DNA of 64,000 bases from an uncultured Verrucomicrobiae bacterium (GTDB taxonomy: Bacteria; Verrucomicrobiota; Verrucomicrobiia; Chthoniobacterales; JAFAMB01): positions 4,640,001-4,704,000 of the forward strand of contig CAWIPH010000002.1 of NCBI GenBank assembly GCA_963837955.1. The letters run 5' to 3'. The notes beneath the pieces are model-generated. The model made no database searches, was not told where the DNA came from, and saw nothing but the letters and a program-made list of their open reading frames with translations. A program made the translations under genes and the position numbers. Positions 20,666 to 30,971 of this stretch are shown here, one piece after another; position 1 is the stretch's first letter, and every line of letters begins with the position of its first letter.

Positions 20666-20950
20666 ATGAGAAAAATACTGTTGGCTGTTACCTGCCTGGG
20701 GATAACTGCAATACCTTATGGGCAAAATCATAACGCAATATCCATTCCGAAATCAGAGCGCATTGCTGTGACCCTGCCTTGGAAGCCGTCATCTGAGGTC
20801 GCTGTGACCCTGCCTTGGAAGCCGTCATCTGAGGTCACTGTGACCCTGCCTTGGAAGCCGTCATCTGAGGTCGCTGTGACCCTGCCTTGGAAGCCGTCGT
20901 CCGAGGTCGCTGTCACCCTGCCTTGGAAGCCATTGACAACCCGGGCTTGA
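20666..20950 (+). CDS. Secreted tandem-repeat peptide precursor P3 (5 x 12-aa VAVTLPWKPSSE, last unit partial)
   Basis: MRKILLAVTCLGITA signal-like N-terminus; same conserved leader as P1; ATG 20666. Confidence 0.75.
   Translation: MRKILLAVTCLGITAIPYGQNHNAISIPKSERIAVTLPWKPSSEVAVTLPWKPSSEVTVTLPWKPSSEVAVTLPWKPSSEVAVTLPWKPLTTRA
20762..20932 (+). repeat. 36-bp coding tandem repeat, about 4.75 copies
   Basis: gtc gct gtg acc ctg cct tgg aag ccg tca tct gag units. Confidence 0.95.
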
Positions 20951-20967
20951 ATTGCCGAACCTAAATC

Positions 20968-20993
20968 CTGGCCGGTCGTCGAACCGGCCAGGG
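20968..20993. terminator. Hairpin between convergent P3 and NTF2-B
   Basis: CCTGGCCGGT-cgtcga-ACCGGCCAGG perfect 10-bp stem, homologous in position to 19267-19296. Confidence 0.55.
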
Positions 20994-21500
20994 TCACGGT
21001 TCGAGAAAGCTAGCGTGAGATGTGATGATCTTCCATCCCTCGGGAAGCTTCCGGAAGACCATCGTGTCGGTGCAATATGCGTTCTTAGTGTTTCTAGTGA
21101 ACGTGTACCAGCTTAACGCCAAGAAAAAATCCGGGCTAAGCCTCTGAAGTCTGACCCGCTGCAGAGCGACTGCGCCCATCTCGTTCCGGTCGGGAAATCC
21201 GCGCTGGTAAGCCGCTAACATTTCGGCCCAGCCTATGATTTGCTCCCCTTCGACAACCACGAGCAAATCGGGAGACTTCCAATATCCGTCCATGTAATGT
21301 TCAATATCGTGCGCGTTCCAATATGTTACTTGGTCGAGAACGGCGGCATAGACTTGTTCTTCATCGGCCGGAACCGTCGCTGATTCCGAAGGAGACGGAC
21401 CCGGCTTGACCGAGTCATACACCCACGTTGATTGTGGATCCGCAGCAAGGCCTTGGATCGAAAGAAAGAGTAACATCGCAACAAACAATCTGGATGCCAT
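20994..21500 (-). CDS. Secreted NTF2/SnoaL-like (DUF4440-type) protein B, paralog of A
   Basis: Aligns end to end with 19297-19800 (YWNAHDIEHYMD, WKSPDLLVV, SFLEP). Confidence 0.8.
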   Translation of the reverse strand: MASRLFVAMLLFLSIQGLAADPQSTWVYDSVKPGPSPSESATVPADEEQVYAAVLDQVTYWNAHDIEHYMDGYWKSPDLLVVVEGEQIIGWAEMLAAYQRGFPDRNEMGAVALQRVRLQRLSPDFFLALSWYTFTRNTKNAYCTDTMVFRKLPEGWKIITSHASFLEP

Positions 21501-21705
21501 CCTAATCATCATCAAAAAGGAGCTTCTTCTAACCAGGATTTGACTCGGCATGCCAGCTTTTAATCGTATCAATCGAGAATCAAATCGGGCGTCTTTTTCA
21601 CAGGGCCCTCGCAAACTCTCAAGCGCCAGAGATTTTTGCGGCTAGAAGCCTTAAAGTCTCGCAAGTTCGAGAAGCAGTAACCGCCTCTTAGGCGCTGGAT
21701 TCTAT

Positions 21706-24621
21706 CTAGTGTGCGAGAGCCGTAGGTAAGCGATCCGAACTCTCTATGGCCTTTTTATATTGCACCAAGGCGACTTCGGCATCGGAAATGTCGCTCAAAG
21801 TCCCTGGCAGCTGGAAGCTGTCGCGCACAACGTACAGTATCTGCAGGCCCTGCTCTATATATTGGCATCCTGATTTAGCGTCCCCTTCTTGACCCAAGAG
21901 GTTGCCTAACCTCGCAAGACAATCTCCGTAAAGTTCGTTTTCGTACGGATAGTCCCGCTTGCGGACGTTTTCCTCCAAATAGCGTATGGCCCGCGAAAAC
22001 ATTTGCGCTGCTTCCTGCCAGTTCCCAACCCCACTCGCGATTTCGGCTTCAGCATAGCAGCAAAGGGCATCACGAAACCGACAATCGGATTTGTCCTGAC
22101 CAATTTCCTCAAGCTCTTTGGTTAGCGGTACTAACAATTCTCGATTAGTCCTCTTCGCTGCTTCCAAGTTTCCGGTCTTAATATAGCAATGAGAAAGGCT
22201 GAAAGCATAAGTTTGGGCGCACTCCTCAATGTAAAAATCACTCTTTTTTTCGTCGATAAGTCTTTTACCATCGTCGAGAGCTTCTTTCAGTAGTCTCTTG
22301 GCTTCTTCGTACTCATTTCGATTCATCAGAACGACTCCGCTATTTCCCAGCTCTCGAATCAGGTCCTCCAAGAGACGGACGTTGTTGGGATCAGCCGCAC
22401 ACAATTCTCGCAATATCGATAGCGCATCGGTCGGGATTGCAATTTTTCCGTCTTCTGACTCCGAAAAAGCTATCAAAGTTCCCCAACGAGCGATGGCTCT
22501 TTCCAAGCGCCGTTGCAGTTGAATATCAGCTGGAGCTTCCTCGACCGCCTTACGACAAAGAGCTATGGCCCTCCGAACAGGTTCCCCAAATAGTTTAAAG
22601 CGGCCCCAATTATAGTAAAACTCACCCAAACGTTCGAGACTATACGAGTAAGAACTCAGGGCCTCTCGATCGGACTGTTCGGCTTGATAGGCCTTTTCTC
22701 CATATTGCGTTGCTTCAGTCAATACCTTTAATGAGTCCTCCGGTTTAGCAAGTGCGCCAAAAAAGTCTACCTTACGAGCCAGCGCATCGCAGAGGAGCAT
22801 TTGGAGCTTCCTCCGAGGATATGCCGTCAGATTGCCAGCGGCTTCAAGCTTCCGTAATTTCGTGAGAACCTCTTCCAAGATGCCAGCCGCTGTCGCAATC
22901 TTTCCGGCATTGGATAGAGCTCGACATTTTTCCAGCATCGCCTGTGCCAGAATAAGCTGATCCCCCGGATCAGACACCGGTTGATTGGTGAGAGCCCTAG
23001 CCCTAAGTTCCGCCATTTCCAGTCGTTGGATTGTTCCATTGAAGTCGCCTAGCTCTTCGAGGACACGCGCGAGAATCATTTGGGTCTGAACTTCGGCTCG
23101 TAACTGAACTGCGCTCCCAGCGGGATCAACCTCGCTTCGGCTGGTCGCATCAATCTGGTCAAAGACCCCCGCTACTCGCTGAAGCAGCTCGAGTCGCCGC
23201 TCTATCGGCGCCGACATGGTCTCTAGCGCTGCAGCAATGTCGGTGATCATGGTACGCGCCGACGACGCAGCCAGCTCCCGCTGTTGCAGCGCATAATCGC
23301 GTTCTTTCCGAGCTGCCCGATCCGAAGCCAAGATGAATCCAAGAGCAATGGCCCCAACAACGGCCGCAATCAAACTTGAACAAGTCGCAGTCGGGTGGCG
23401 TCTGATCAACGTGCGGGCTCGATACCACCAGGTTTGTGAACGAGCAAGAATCGGCCGGTGAGCCAGGAGGTTCTGAATGTCGTCAATGAAGTATTCGACA
23501 CTGCTGTATCTGTCGACAGGCGCCTTCTCCAATGCCTTCAAAATGATCAATTCGAGGTCGCGTTTCAACGGGCTCGGAAAATGATGCCCTCCCTTGCCCC
23601 TCGGTCGTTTCCGGGGATACTCGCTCGGCTTCGGCGGCTCGTCCTCACAGATCCTGCGTAAAAGCTCAAATGCCGCTGCCGGCTCGCCTTCTTTCGCCAG
23701 GTCAAAAGGATGGGCCCCAGTTACAAGCTCGTGGAGAATAATTCCGAGAACGAAAATATCCGAGGCTGTCGTCACCGGCTCGCCACGAATCTGTTCGGGA
23801 CTGGAATAGCGAGGAGTGCATGGCCCCAGACCTCGCGTTTGGTCCATCGATTCTTCCTCGTCCACTAGAAGCTTCGCGATACCAAAATCGAGCAGACGGG
23901 GTGTTCCATCGGAAGTGACCAAGATATTGGTGGGTTTCAAATCCCGATGCACCACGAGATTCCGGTGGGCATAAGCGACCGCGGAACAAACTTCACAGAA
24001 CAGTCTCAGAATTTCCCTGAGATCAAGCTCCCGATTACGGCAGTAGTCATCGATTGGCTCCCCTTCAACATAGTCGAGAGCAAAGTAAGGAAGACCGTTC
24101 TTCAGTGTCCCGCCTTCCAGGAATCGAGCGATAAACGGATGGTTCAGTTGCGCCAGTATTCGGCGCTCCCTTCGAAATCGTCCGGCGAAAAGGTTCGCAT
24201 CGACCCTTGCCCGAATGACTTTGATGGCAGCGCGCTGTCTCACCAATTGAGCCTCATCATCGATGGTTCTTTCCGCGAGATAGACCGTTCCCATCCCGCC
24301 AGAACAAATCTCCCGAAGAACGTGCCAAGATCCGATCGCAGTACCGGGCCGAACACCGAGTTCTTCTTCTTCGGTATCATCTCCGAAGACAGTTTGGTCT
24401 TTGAGGCGCCAGGCCGGAGTTTCCAGGAAACGGCCGTCTGGATCATCACATTCAAGCAAAGTGGCCAGCTCGCGGCCCATCTCCGGATTATCGCGACACT
24501 TTTCCTCCAACCATGAGGCGCGGAGCGCCGGATCCAATTCGACGGCTTCCGCGAATAGCGCCTTAATCCTGGACCAGTGTCCTGACATTTCATCAGCTGG
24601 GTTTGGATTTGGCGCATTCAT
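21706..24621 (-). CDS. Membrane-anchored Hanks-type Ser/Thr kinase with C-terminal helical (TPR-like) domain
   Basis: SGGMGTVY, AAIKVIR, HRDLKPTN, LLDFGIAK, SPEQ; TM segment SSLIAAVVGAIALGFILA; Ala/Leu-rich helical C-terminus. Confidence 0.92.
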   Translation of the reverse strand: MNAPNPNPADEMSGHWSRIKALFAEAVELDPALRASWLEEKCRDNPEMGRELATLLECDDPDGRFLETPAWRLKDQTVFGDDTEEEELGVRPGTAIGSWHVLREICSGGMGTVYLAERTIDDEAQLVRQRAAIKVIRARVDANLFAGRFRRERRILAQLNHPFIARFLEGGTLKNGLPYFALDYVEGEPIDDYCRNRELDLREILRLFCEVCSAVAYAHRNLVVHRDLKPTNILVTSDGTPRLLDFGIAKLLVDEEESMDQTRGLGPCTPRYSSPEQIRGEPVTTASDIFVLGIILHELVTGAHPFDLAKEGEPAAAFELLRRICEDEPPKPSEYPRKRPRGKGGHHFPSPLKRDLELIILKALEKAPVDRYSSVEYFIDDIQNLLAHRPILARSQTWWYRARTLIRRHPTATCSSLIAAVVGAIALGFILASDRAARKERDYALQQRELAASSARTMITDIAAALETMSAPIERRLELLQRVAGVFDQIDATSRSEVDPAGSAVQLRAEVQTQMILARVLEELGDFNGTIQRLEMAELRARALTNQPVSDPGDQLILAQAMLEKCRALSNAGKIATAAGILEEVLTKLRKLEAAGNLTAYPRRKLQMLLCDALARKVDFFGALAKPEDSLKVLTEATQYGEKAYQAEQSDREALSSYSYSLERLGEFYYNWGRFKLFGEPVRRAIALCRKAVEEAPADIQLQRRLERAIARWGTLIAFSESEDGKIAIPTDALSILRELCAADPNNVRLLEDLIRELGNSGVVLMNRNEYEEAKRLLKEALDDGKRLIDEKKSDFYIEECAQTYAFSLSHCYIKTGNLEAAKRTNRELLVPLTKELEEIGQDKSDCRFRDALCCYAEAEIASGVGNWQEAAQMFSRAIRYLEENVRKRDYPYENELYGDCLARLGNLLGQEGDAKSGCQYIEQGLQILYVVRDSFQLPGTLSDISDAEVALVQYKKAIESSDRLPTALAH

Positions 24622-24655
24622 CGATCTTTGTGGCCTAGGAGTTCTCTCGCGGTGG

Positions 24656-25279
24656 CTAATCCGAAGGAATGCTCAGTCGCCGCCTCAGCCACGCTTTCGC
24701 CAGGCGCCAATCTCTTTTAACGGTGGTTGCCGATACGCCGAGCGCCTCGGCTGTCTCCTCGACGGTCATCCCTGCAAAAAAACGGAGTTCAACGACTCGG
24801 CCCTGATCCAGATCCAAATCTGTCAATTCTTTAAGGGCTAGATCTAGACCGATCAGATCGATGGTTTGCCCGCGTTGGTCCGGTACGTCGACCTCAACCG
24901 ATTGAATGGAGACTTTCAGCGCTCCGCCACCACGTTTTTGGGCGACCCGAGAACGGGCGCGATCAACCAGAATTTGCCGCATCAGTCGGGCAGCCACTCC
25001 AAAAAAGTGGGAGCGACTCTTCCAATCGAGTTGCCTCGCATCTACCAGCCGCAGGTAAGCCTCATGAACTAACTCGGTCGGCTGCAACGATTTGTTACCC
25101 CATTCTTTAGCCAGCGCCTGGTCGGCCAAAAGTCGGAGTTGATCGTAGACCCGTTCGGTCAGGCGATCGAAAGCGGAGGCATCACCATTTCTCCATTCGC
25201 GCAGCACGCGCGTGATCTCGGTCTCTGGTTGTATGTGAGAATGGGCTTCCTCTCCACCTGGAAAGGACGTTCCGAACAA
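24656..25279 (-). CDS. ECF sigma factor, kinase-associated (TIGR02999/ECF43-like)
   Basis: ITRVLREWRNGD, LQPTELVHEAYLRL, HFFGVAARLMRQILVD, VELRFFAGMT, TVKRDWRLAKAWL; start uncertain. Confidence 0.9.
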   Translation of the reverse strand: MFGTSFPGGEEAHSHIQPETEITRVLREWRNGDASAFDRLTERVYDQLRLLADQALAKEWGNKSLQPTELVHEAYLRLVDARQLDWKSRSHFFGVAARLMRQILVDRARSRVAQKRGGGALKVSIQSVEVDVPDQRGQTIDLIGLDLALKELTDLDLDQGRVVELRFFAGMTVEETAEALGVSATTVKRDWRLAKAWLRRRLSIPSD

Positions 25280-25619
25280 CTCTGACGGCTCCTTTTTCCC
25301 ACGTTGGCAAAGAAGTTGATCCGAATCCGCGGGGAGTATAGTGAGAGAATCTCCCTCCCTGCAAGCCTGGGAGTCTTATAAAAATTTGCCGGCTAAAACC
25401 TTGGTCTTGACCTAACAACAGGCTTTGGCGTTAGCGGCGTCGACCGAAGAGGAAAGTACTGATCGGGAAACTGTTGCGATCATAGCGTTAAGGCACGAGA
25501 CAGCTCGTCGCCCGGTTTGCTAGGCCGCGAATGCGCCCCACCAGCACTGGAAATGAGCTCACGTATTCTGTGACCCATTTTCGGGATTCTGGGTTCGTCC
25601 GTGCGTGTGGCTACAAAGC

Positions 25620-26899
<1,280 letters not shown>

Positions 26900-27108
26900 C
26901 TATTCTAGAAGAGACGCAAGCAGGTCCTCTGGTTATCGCGCTATGGAGGTTGGAAAATCACGCAAAGACGCAAAGATTGAGAAGTGGAATCTAGAATGTT
27001 TGGCACAGAAGCAAGCGGAATGTGCCAAGCTGCGCTGCATACACGCGGACACGCAGGCCACCGCGTCAAGACTATGGCAGAAACGCGCGCGTAGTCGGGA
27101 GCGCATCT

Positions 27109-27843
27109 CTACCGGTCCCGGGTCTTTGGATTCTCCGCAGCAGTCGCTTTTGCTGCAGCAATGAAATCGCGGAGTTTACTTCGGTCCTTCTTGCCGGGTT
27201 GCGATTCGACTCCAGAAGCCACATCAACGGCATAAGGATTGGTGGTTCGGATCGCGGCGGCGACATTTTCCGGAGTCAGTCCTCCGGCAAGAATAACCGG
27301 CTTAGCGATTGGGGGTCCTCGAAGAATTTCCCAGGCAAATCTTTCGCCGGTGCCGCCAAAGTCGCCCGCCCGATAGCCGTCGAAAAGAAGGGCGAAGCCG
27401 TCGAACCAATCGAGCTCAGCAACACTGTGCTCATTTTTCACGGAAATCGCAGCGATGAGGGGGCTCCCCGTTTCAACCAGACGCGAAACAAATGGATACC
27501 AAGCGTCACCATGCAACTGCACTGCGTCAAAAGTCCGATCGGCCAACCATTCGAGCGCTTGCTCTAGTAAGGGATTCACACCGACCAGAACGCGAGCGAC
27601 CCCCACTGGCAAAGCATTTATCCATTCTCGCGCGGATGTCAGATCGACGTACCTCTTACTATTCGGAAAAATATTGAATCCAAGCGCATCCGCTCCACTC
27701 TCGATCGCGATTTCCGCATCGGACGAATTAGTGACTCCGCAGATCTTTACAAACGGCCCGACATCTCGCGTTCCGCTTAGAAAGCGAGGAAGAGGGCGAT
27801 TGCCCTTTTCTTGCGCGGACATTTTACGCTTGAGATTTTTCAA
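27109..27843 (-). CDS. trpF: Phosphoribosylanthranilate isomerase
   Basis: VKICGVT, VQLHG, GGTG, LAGGLTPENV, VDVASGVE; start uncertain. Confidence 0.93.
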   Translation of the reverse strand: MKNLKRKMSAQEKGNRPLPRFLSGTRDVGPFVKICGVTNSSDAEIAIESGADALGFNIFPNSKRYVDLTSAREWINALPVGVARVLVGVNPLLEQALEWLADRTFDAVQLHGDAWYPFVSRLVETGSPLIAAISVKNEHSVAELDWFDGFALLFDGYRAGDFGGTGERFAWEILRGPPIAKPVILAGGLTPENVAAAIRTTNPYAVDVASGVESQPGKKDRSKLRDFIAAAKATAAENPKTRDR

Positions 27844-27939
27844 CTTTTATCCTCTTTTGCCAGGTTTTCGAGTTTACTGATTTCACAACAGGATTACAAT
27901 GACAGCAGCGATAGTCTAGATCTGAATCAGAGTTGTAAA

Positions 27940-28260
27940 ATGGAGCGGAAAACAAAAAAGAAACGTGTAGAGAAACGCGCTGCTCGGAAAAAGAAAGACA
28001 CGGATTCATCGGAATCTAAAGCTTCTGCATCAAAGAAAAAGAAGGCGAACAAGAGAGCGACGCTGACCGGGACCAAGAAGCCCGAGGAACGCAAGAGTCA
28101 TGTAGCGCCCAGTTACGAGCAAGTGCAGCTTCGTGCGTATTTCATTTCAGAGCAGCGACGCAACGTGGGTATCGCGGGTGACGAACATGGCGATTGGGTT
28201 CGGGCCGAGCGAGAACTGCGAGAGGAACTTTCGATCGAAAGAGTTTCGCTTCGGGGTTGA
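27940..28260 (+). CDS. DUF2934-domain protein with Lys-rich N-terminus
   Basis: QLRAYFISEQR...DWVRAEREL motif. Confidence 0.75.
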   Translation: MERKTKKKRVEKRAARKKKDTDSSESKASASKKKKANKRATLTGTKKPEERKSHVAPSYEQVQLRAYFISEQRRNVGIAGDEHGDWVRAERELREELSIERVSLRG

Positions 28261-28300
28261 TGTGATGATCGGCCCTTATCGCGAAGACGCGATCCCTCCC

Positions 28301-29368
28301 CTAGCCTGCCAAGTGCAACGATCGGCCGAGCTTTCCGTCCTCCACGATTTCATACAGCCGGCCGATCGGCGTCTCGGAGAGCCACGAAATGCTCGTTGTG
28401 GTGACCACTCGTTGGCTACCGGCAGGCAAGCTCTTCAATAGCCGATTGCGCCGTTCGGCGTCCAGCTCGCCAAACACGTCATCGACTAACAACAGAGGCG
28501 GCCGACCCCATTCCGCTTCTAACACCCGGGCTTGACCCAGCTTCAGCGCGATCGCCATGGTTCGTTGCTGTCCCTCGGAGGCGAAGAGATCCGCCGGCTG
28601 CGATTGCACCATGAAATGAATATCGTCGCGGTGAGGTCCAACAGAAGTTGCGCGTAACCGTCGCTCCTCTGCCGCGCTCTCGGCCAGCGCGCGTTCAAAA
28701 TCATGGGTTGCGCCTGGGTGGTAATTCATGGTGAAGGCTTCTCCCCGGTCGCTGATGGAAGCGAACGCGGAGACTACGTATGGTTCCAGCCTTTCGATGA
28801 GAAAAGCCCGCAGAGCTGTCAATTGATGGCCAAACTTCAACAGAGGTTTGGTGTAGGCTGCGACCTCCTTGGGACGTGCGGGAACCATTTTTAAATAAGC
28901 ATTCCGGGAACGGAGCGCTTTCTCGTAAGAGCGAAGAATCTCACGATAATTGCGGAATAGCTGATTGCCGACGAAATCAAGAAACCGCCGCCGACCTTCA
29001 CTCGAACCCCGGATGAGATCGATATCGGAATTGGCGAAGAAAACGACTCGTCCTATGTTGAGATACTCGGTTGGATCTTTTTGCTCAATCGAATCGAGAG
29101 CGAGTTTCCGGCGGCTGGCGCTGTAGTAACATTGAAGATGATAGTCGTGAACAATTCCATCTACGACTAGCCCGCGGGCACCGCTCCGAATCACGGGTTG
29201 GAGTGAACTGGTCCGGGGTGATTGCAACCGAATGAGCACAGCCAGAGCTTCCAGTAGAGAAGTCTTTCCCAAAGCATTTTTGCCGACCACACAGGTTAGA
29301 TCGGTATGCAGGTCGAGTTCGAATTTAGTGAAACAGCGAAAGTCTCTGACGAAAAATCGATTAACCAT
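28301..29368 (-). CDS. recF: DNA replication/repair protein RecF
   Basis: [42 protein letters not shown]. Confidence 0.93.
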   Translation of the reverse strand: MVNRFFVRDFRCFTKFELDLHTDLTCVVGKNALGKTSLLEALAVLIRLQSPRTSSLQPVIRSGARGLVVDGIVHDYHLQCYYSASRRKLALDSIEQKDPTEYLNIGRVVFFANSDIDLIRGSSEGRRRFLDFVGNQLFRNYREILRSYEKALRSRNAYLKMVPARPKEVAAYTKPLLKFGHQLTALRAFLIERLEPYVVSAFASISDRGEAFTMNYHPGATHDFERALAESAAEERRLRATSVGPHRDDIHFMVQSQPADLFASEGQQRTMAIALKLGQARVLEAEWGRPPLLLVDDVFGELDAERRNRLLKSLPAGSQRVVTTTSISWLSETPIGRLYEIVEDGKLGRSLHLAG

Positions 29369-30461
29369 CGTAGATCTCTTCAAAGATTCCGCCACCCAGA
29401 AGCGTTTCTCCATCGTATAAGGCGCACACCTGACCGGGTGTTAATGCTCGCTGAGGCTGGCTAAATTCCAGCATGGCGCGGCTTTCTGCCAGCTGCTCAA
29501 AACGGACTTCGGCAGCCCTTGCTCGATAACGAGGCTTGGCCGAGATCTTCGCCGTTTGGTTCAGCCGGCGATTCGTATGCGACAGTGAACCGATCCGACA
29601 ACGAGTGGAGTAGAGTCTAGCGGTATCTGGTCGATCAAACGCGACGATCAACTCATTGGTGGCCGCACGTTTTTCAACTACCACATATGCTTCGTGCGGT
29701 GTATTCGACGGAACCCCGACCCCTCTTCGTTGACCTAACGTATACAGGTGAAGTCCGCGGTGCTCTCCAACGACATTCCCAAAATGGTTTCGAATCAATC
29801 CAGGATTGTCCGGAACAAATGCGCGCAAAAAATCGCTCATTTTCACCTCCCCAATGAAACAGATACCCTGCGAATCTTTCTTGGCTGCAGTAGCGAGTCC
29901 GGACTTCGCGGCGAGCGAGCGCACCGCCGGCTTTTCCAACTCACCTACCGGGAAGCGGGCCGCAGCAATTTGCGACTGCTGAAGTAAAGCCAGGAAGTAC
30001 GACTGATCTTTGTTCTTATCCACCCCTTCCAAGATATCCCAACTGCCATCGGATCTTTGCGCCCGGCGCGCGTAATGACCCGTCGCAACCGCCGTAAATC
30101 CGTTTTGGCGCGCATATTCCAGAAACACGCCGAACTTCATTTCCCGATTGCACATGACATCGGGGTTTGGCGTCACGCCGGATTGGTATCCGGCCAACAA
30201 ATAATCAACTACCTTCGCACGGTACTCTCGCATGAGATTCACGACCCGAAACGGGATACCGAGCGTGTCGGCTACTGCCCGGGCATCTTCTATATCGGTC
30301 TGCCAGGGGCAATCACCCACGATATTTTCTTCATTAATCCAGTTCTTCATGTAGGCCCCTTCGCTCGGAATACCCGCGCGCCGCAGCAGCAACGCCGCAA
30401 CGCTGCTGTCGACCCCTCCCGACATTCCAACCAGCACTTTCTCTGGAGCGTGAGATGACAT
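29361..30461 (-). CDS. mnmA: tRNA 2-thiouridylase MnmA
   Basis: [34 protein letters not shown]. Confidence 0.96.
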   Translation of the reverse strand: MSSHAPEKVLVGMSGGVDSSVAALLLRRAGIPSEGAYMKNWINEENIVGDCPWQTDIEDARAVADTLGIPFRVVNLMREYRAKVVDYLLAGYQSGVTPNPDVMCNREMKFGVFLEYARQNGFTAVATGHYARRAQRSDGSWDILEGVDKNKDQSYFLALLQQSQIAAARFPVGELEKPAVRSLAAKSGLATAAKKDSQGICFIGEVKMSDFLRAFVPDNPGLIRNHFGNVVGEHRGLHLYTLGQRRGVGVPSNTPHEAYVVVEKRAATNELIVAFDRPDTARLYSTRCRIGSLSHTNRRLNQTAKISAKPRYRARAAEVRFEQLAESRAMLEFSQPQRALTPGQVCALYDGETLLGGGIFEEIYDG

Positions 30462-30560
30462 TTCGTGAAATCGGCAATTTCGCGGAATTCCTCCGGTAAT
30501 CAAATCGACACAGCGGCGGCTGTGTTTCGCGCATCGAAATCAATTCGATGAAGACCATGA

Positions 30561-30865
30561 GGGTAGGGCGAAAACCCGACTACGCATAGCCTACGTCGCG
30601 GCCAGCTTGACAGTGTTCTTCAAGTCCGCTGCCAGGGCGCGCCAGAGACAGCGACGGCGGCCTGATTCGGCATGCGTCGAATCGGTTTGAGCCGTCTGTA
30701 GTTTTACCCATGACATTGTTGCCCGGCTTCATGCCCTGCCGATGATCGCCGCAAGAAAGACGCATCAAGGACCGATCCACGCATGGCTCAAACCCGGCGC
30801 GGACGAACCAAAAGAGATCGCAACGTTTTCCGGCGCGCCGAGGTTTTCGCCCTACCGATCAGGGG
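30561..30865. repeat. REPIN/MITE-like element with terminal inverted repeats
   Basis: GGTAGGGCGAAAACC (30562) and GGTTTTCGCCCTACC (30842); right part shared with 6841-6920. Confidence 0.72.
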
Positions 30866-30971
30866 CGCAGCCTCCCCAACGCGGGTAGGCCGAAAGCCCG
30901 ATACCGTTTCAGCGGGATCGGCTTGAGCCGTTTGTGGCTTTGGAGTCGCCGAGTTAGAGCACGCTAAAACC

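Noticed and set aside
19102..20932. 33-bp and 36-bp repeats as CRISPR arrays
   Set aside because: Units are directly adjacent with no unique spacers, are multiples of 3 with synonymous variation, and no cas genes are in the window
18934..20997. Minus-strand repeat ORFs (HQHSDAAGVSR; RVTATSDDGFQG)
   Set aside because: Antisense shadows of P1 and P3; the plus-strand frames have signal peptides, conserved leaders and synonymous variation
18864..25279. Assignment to a known RiPP class
   Set aside because: No LanM/YcaO/radical SAM/ATP-grasp/methyltransferase or peptidase-transporter in the locus, and the cores lack Cys; kept only as an open hypothesis
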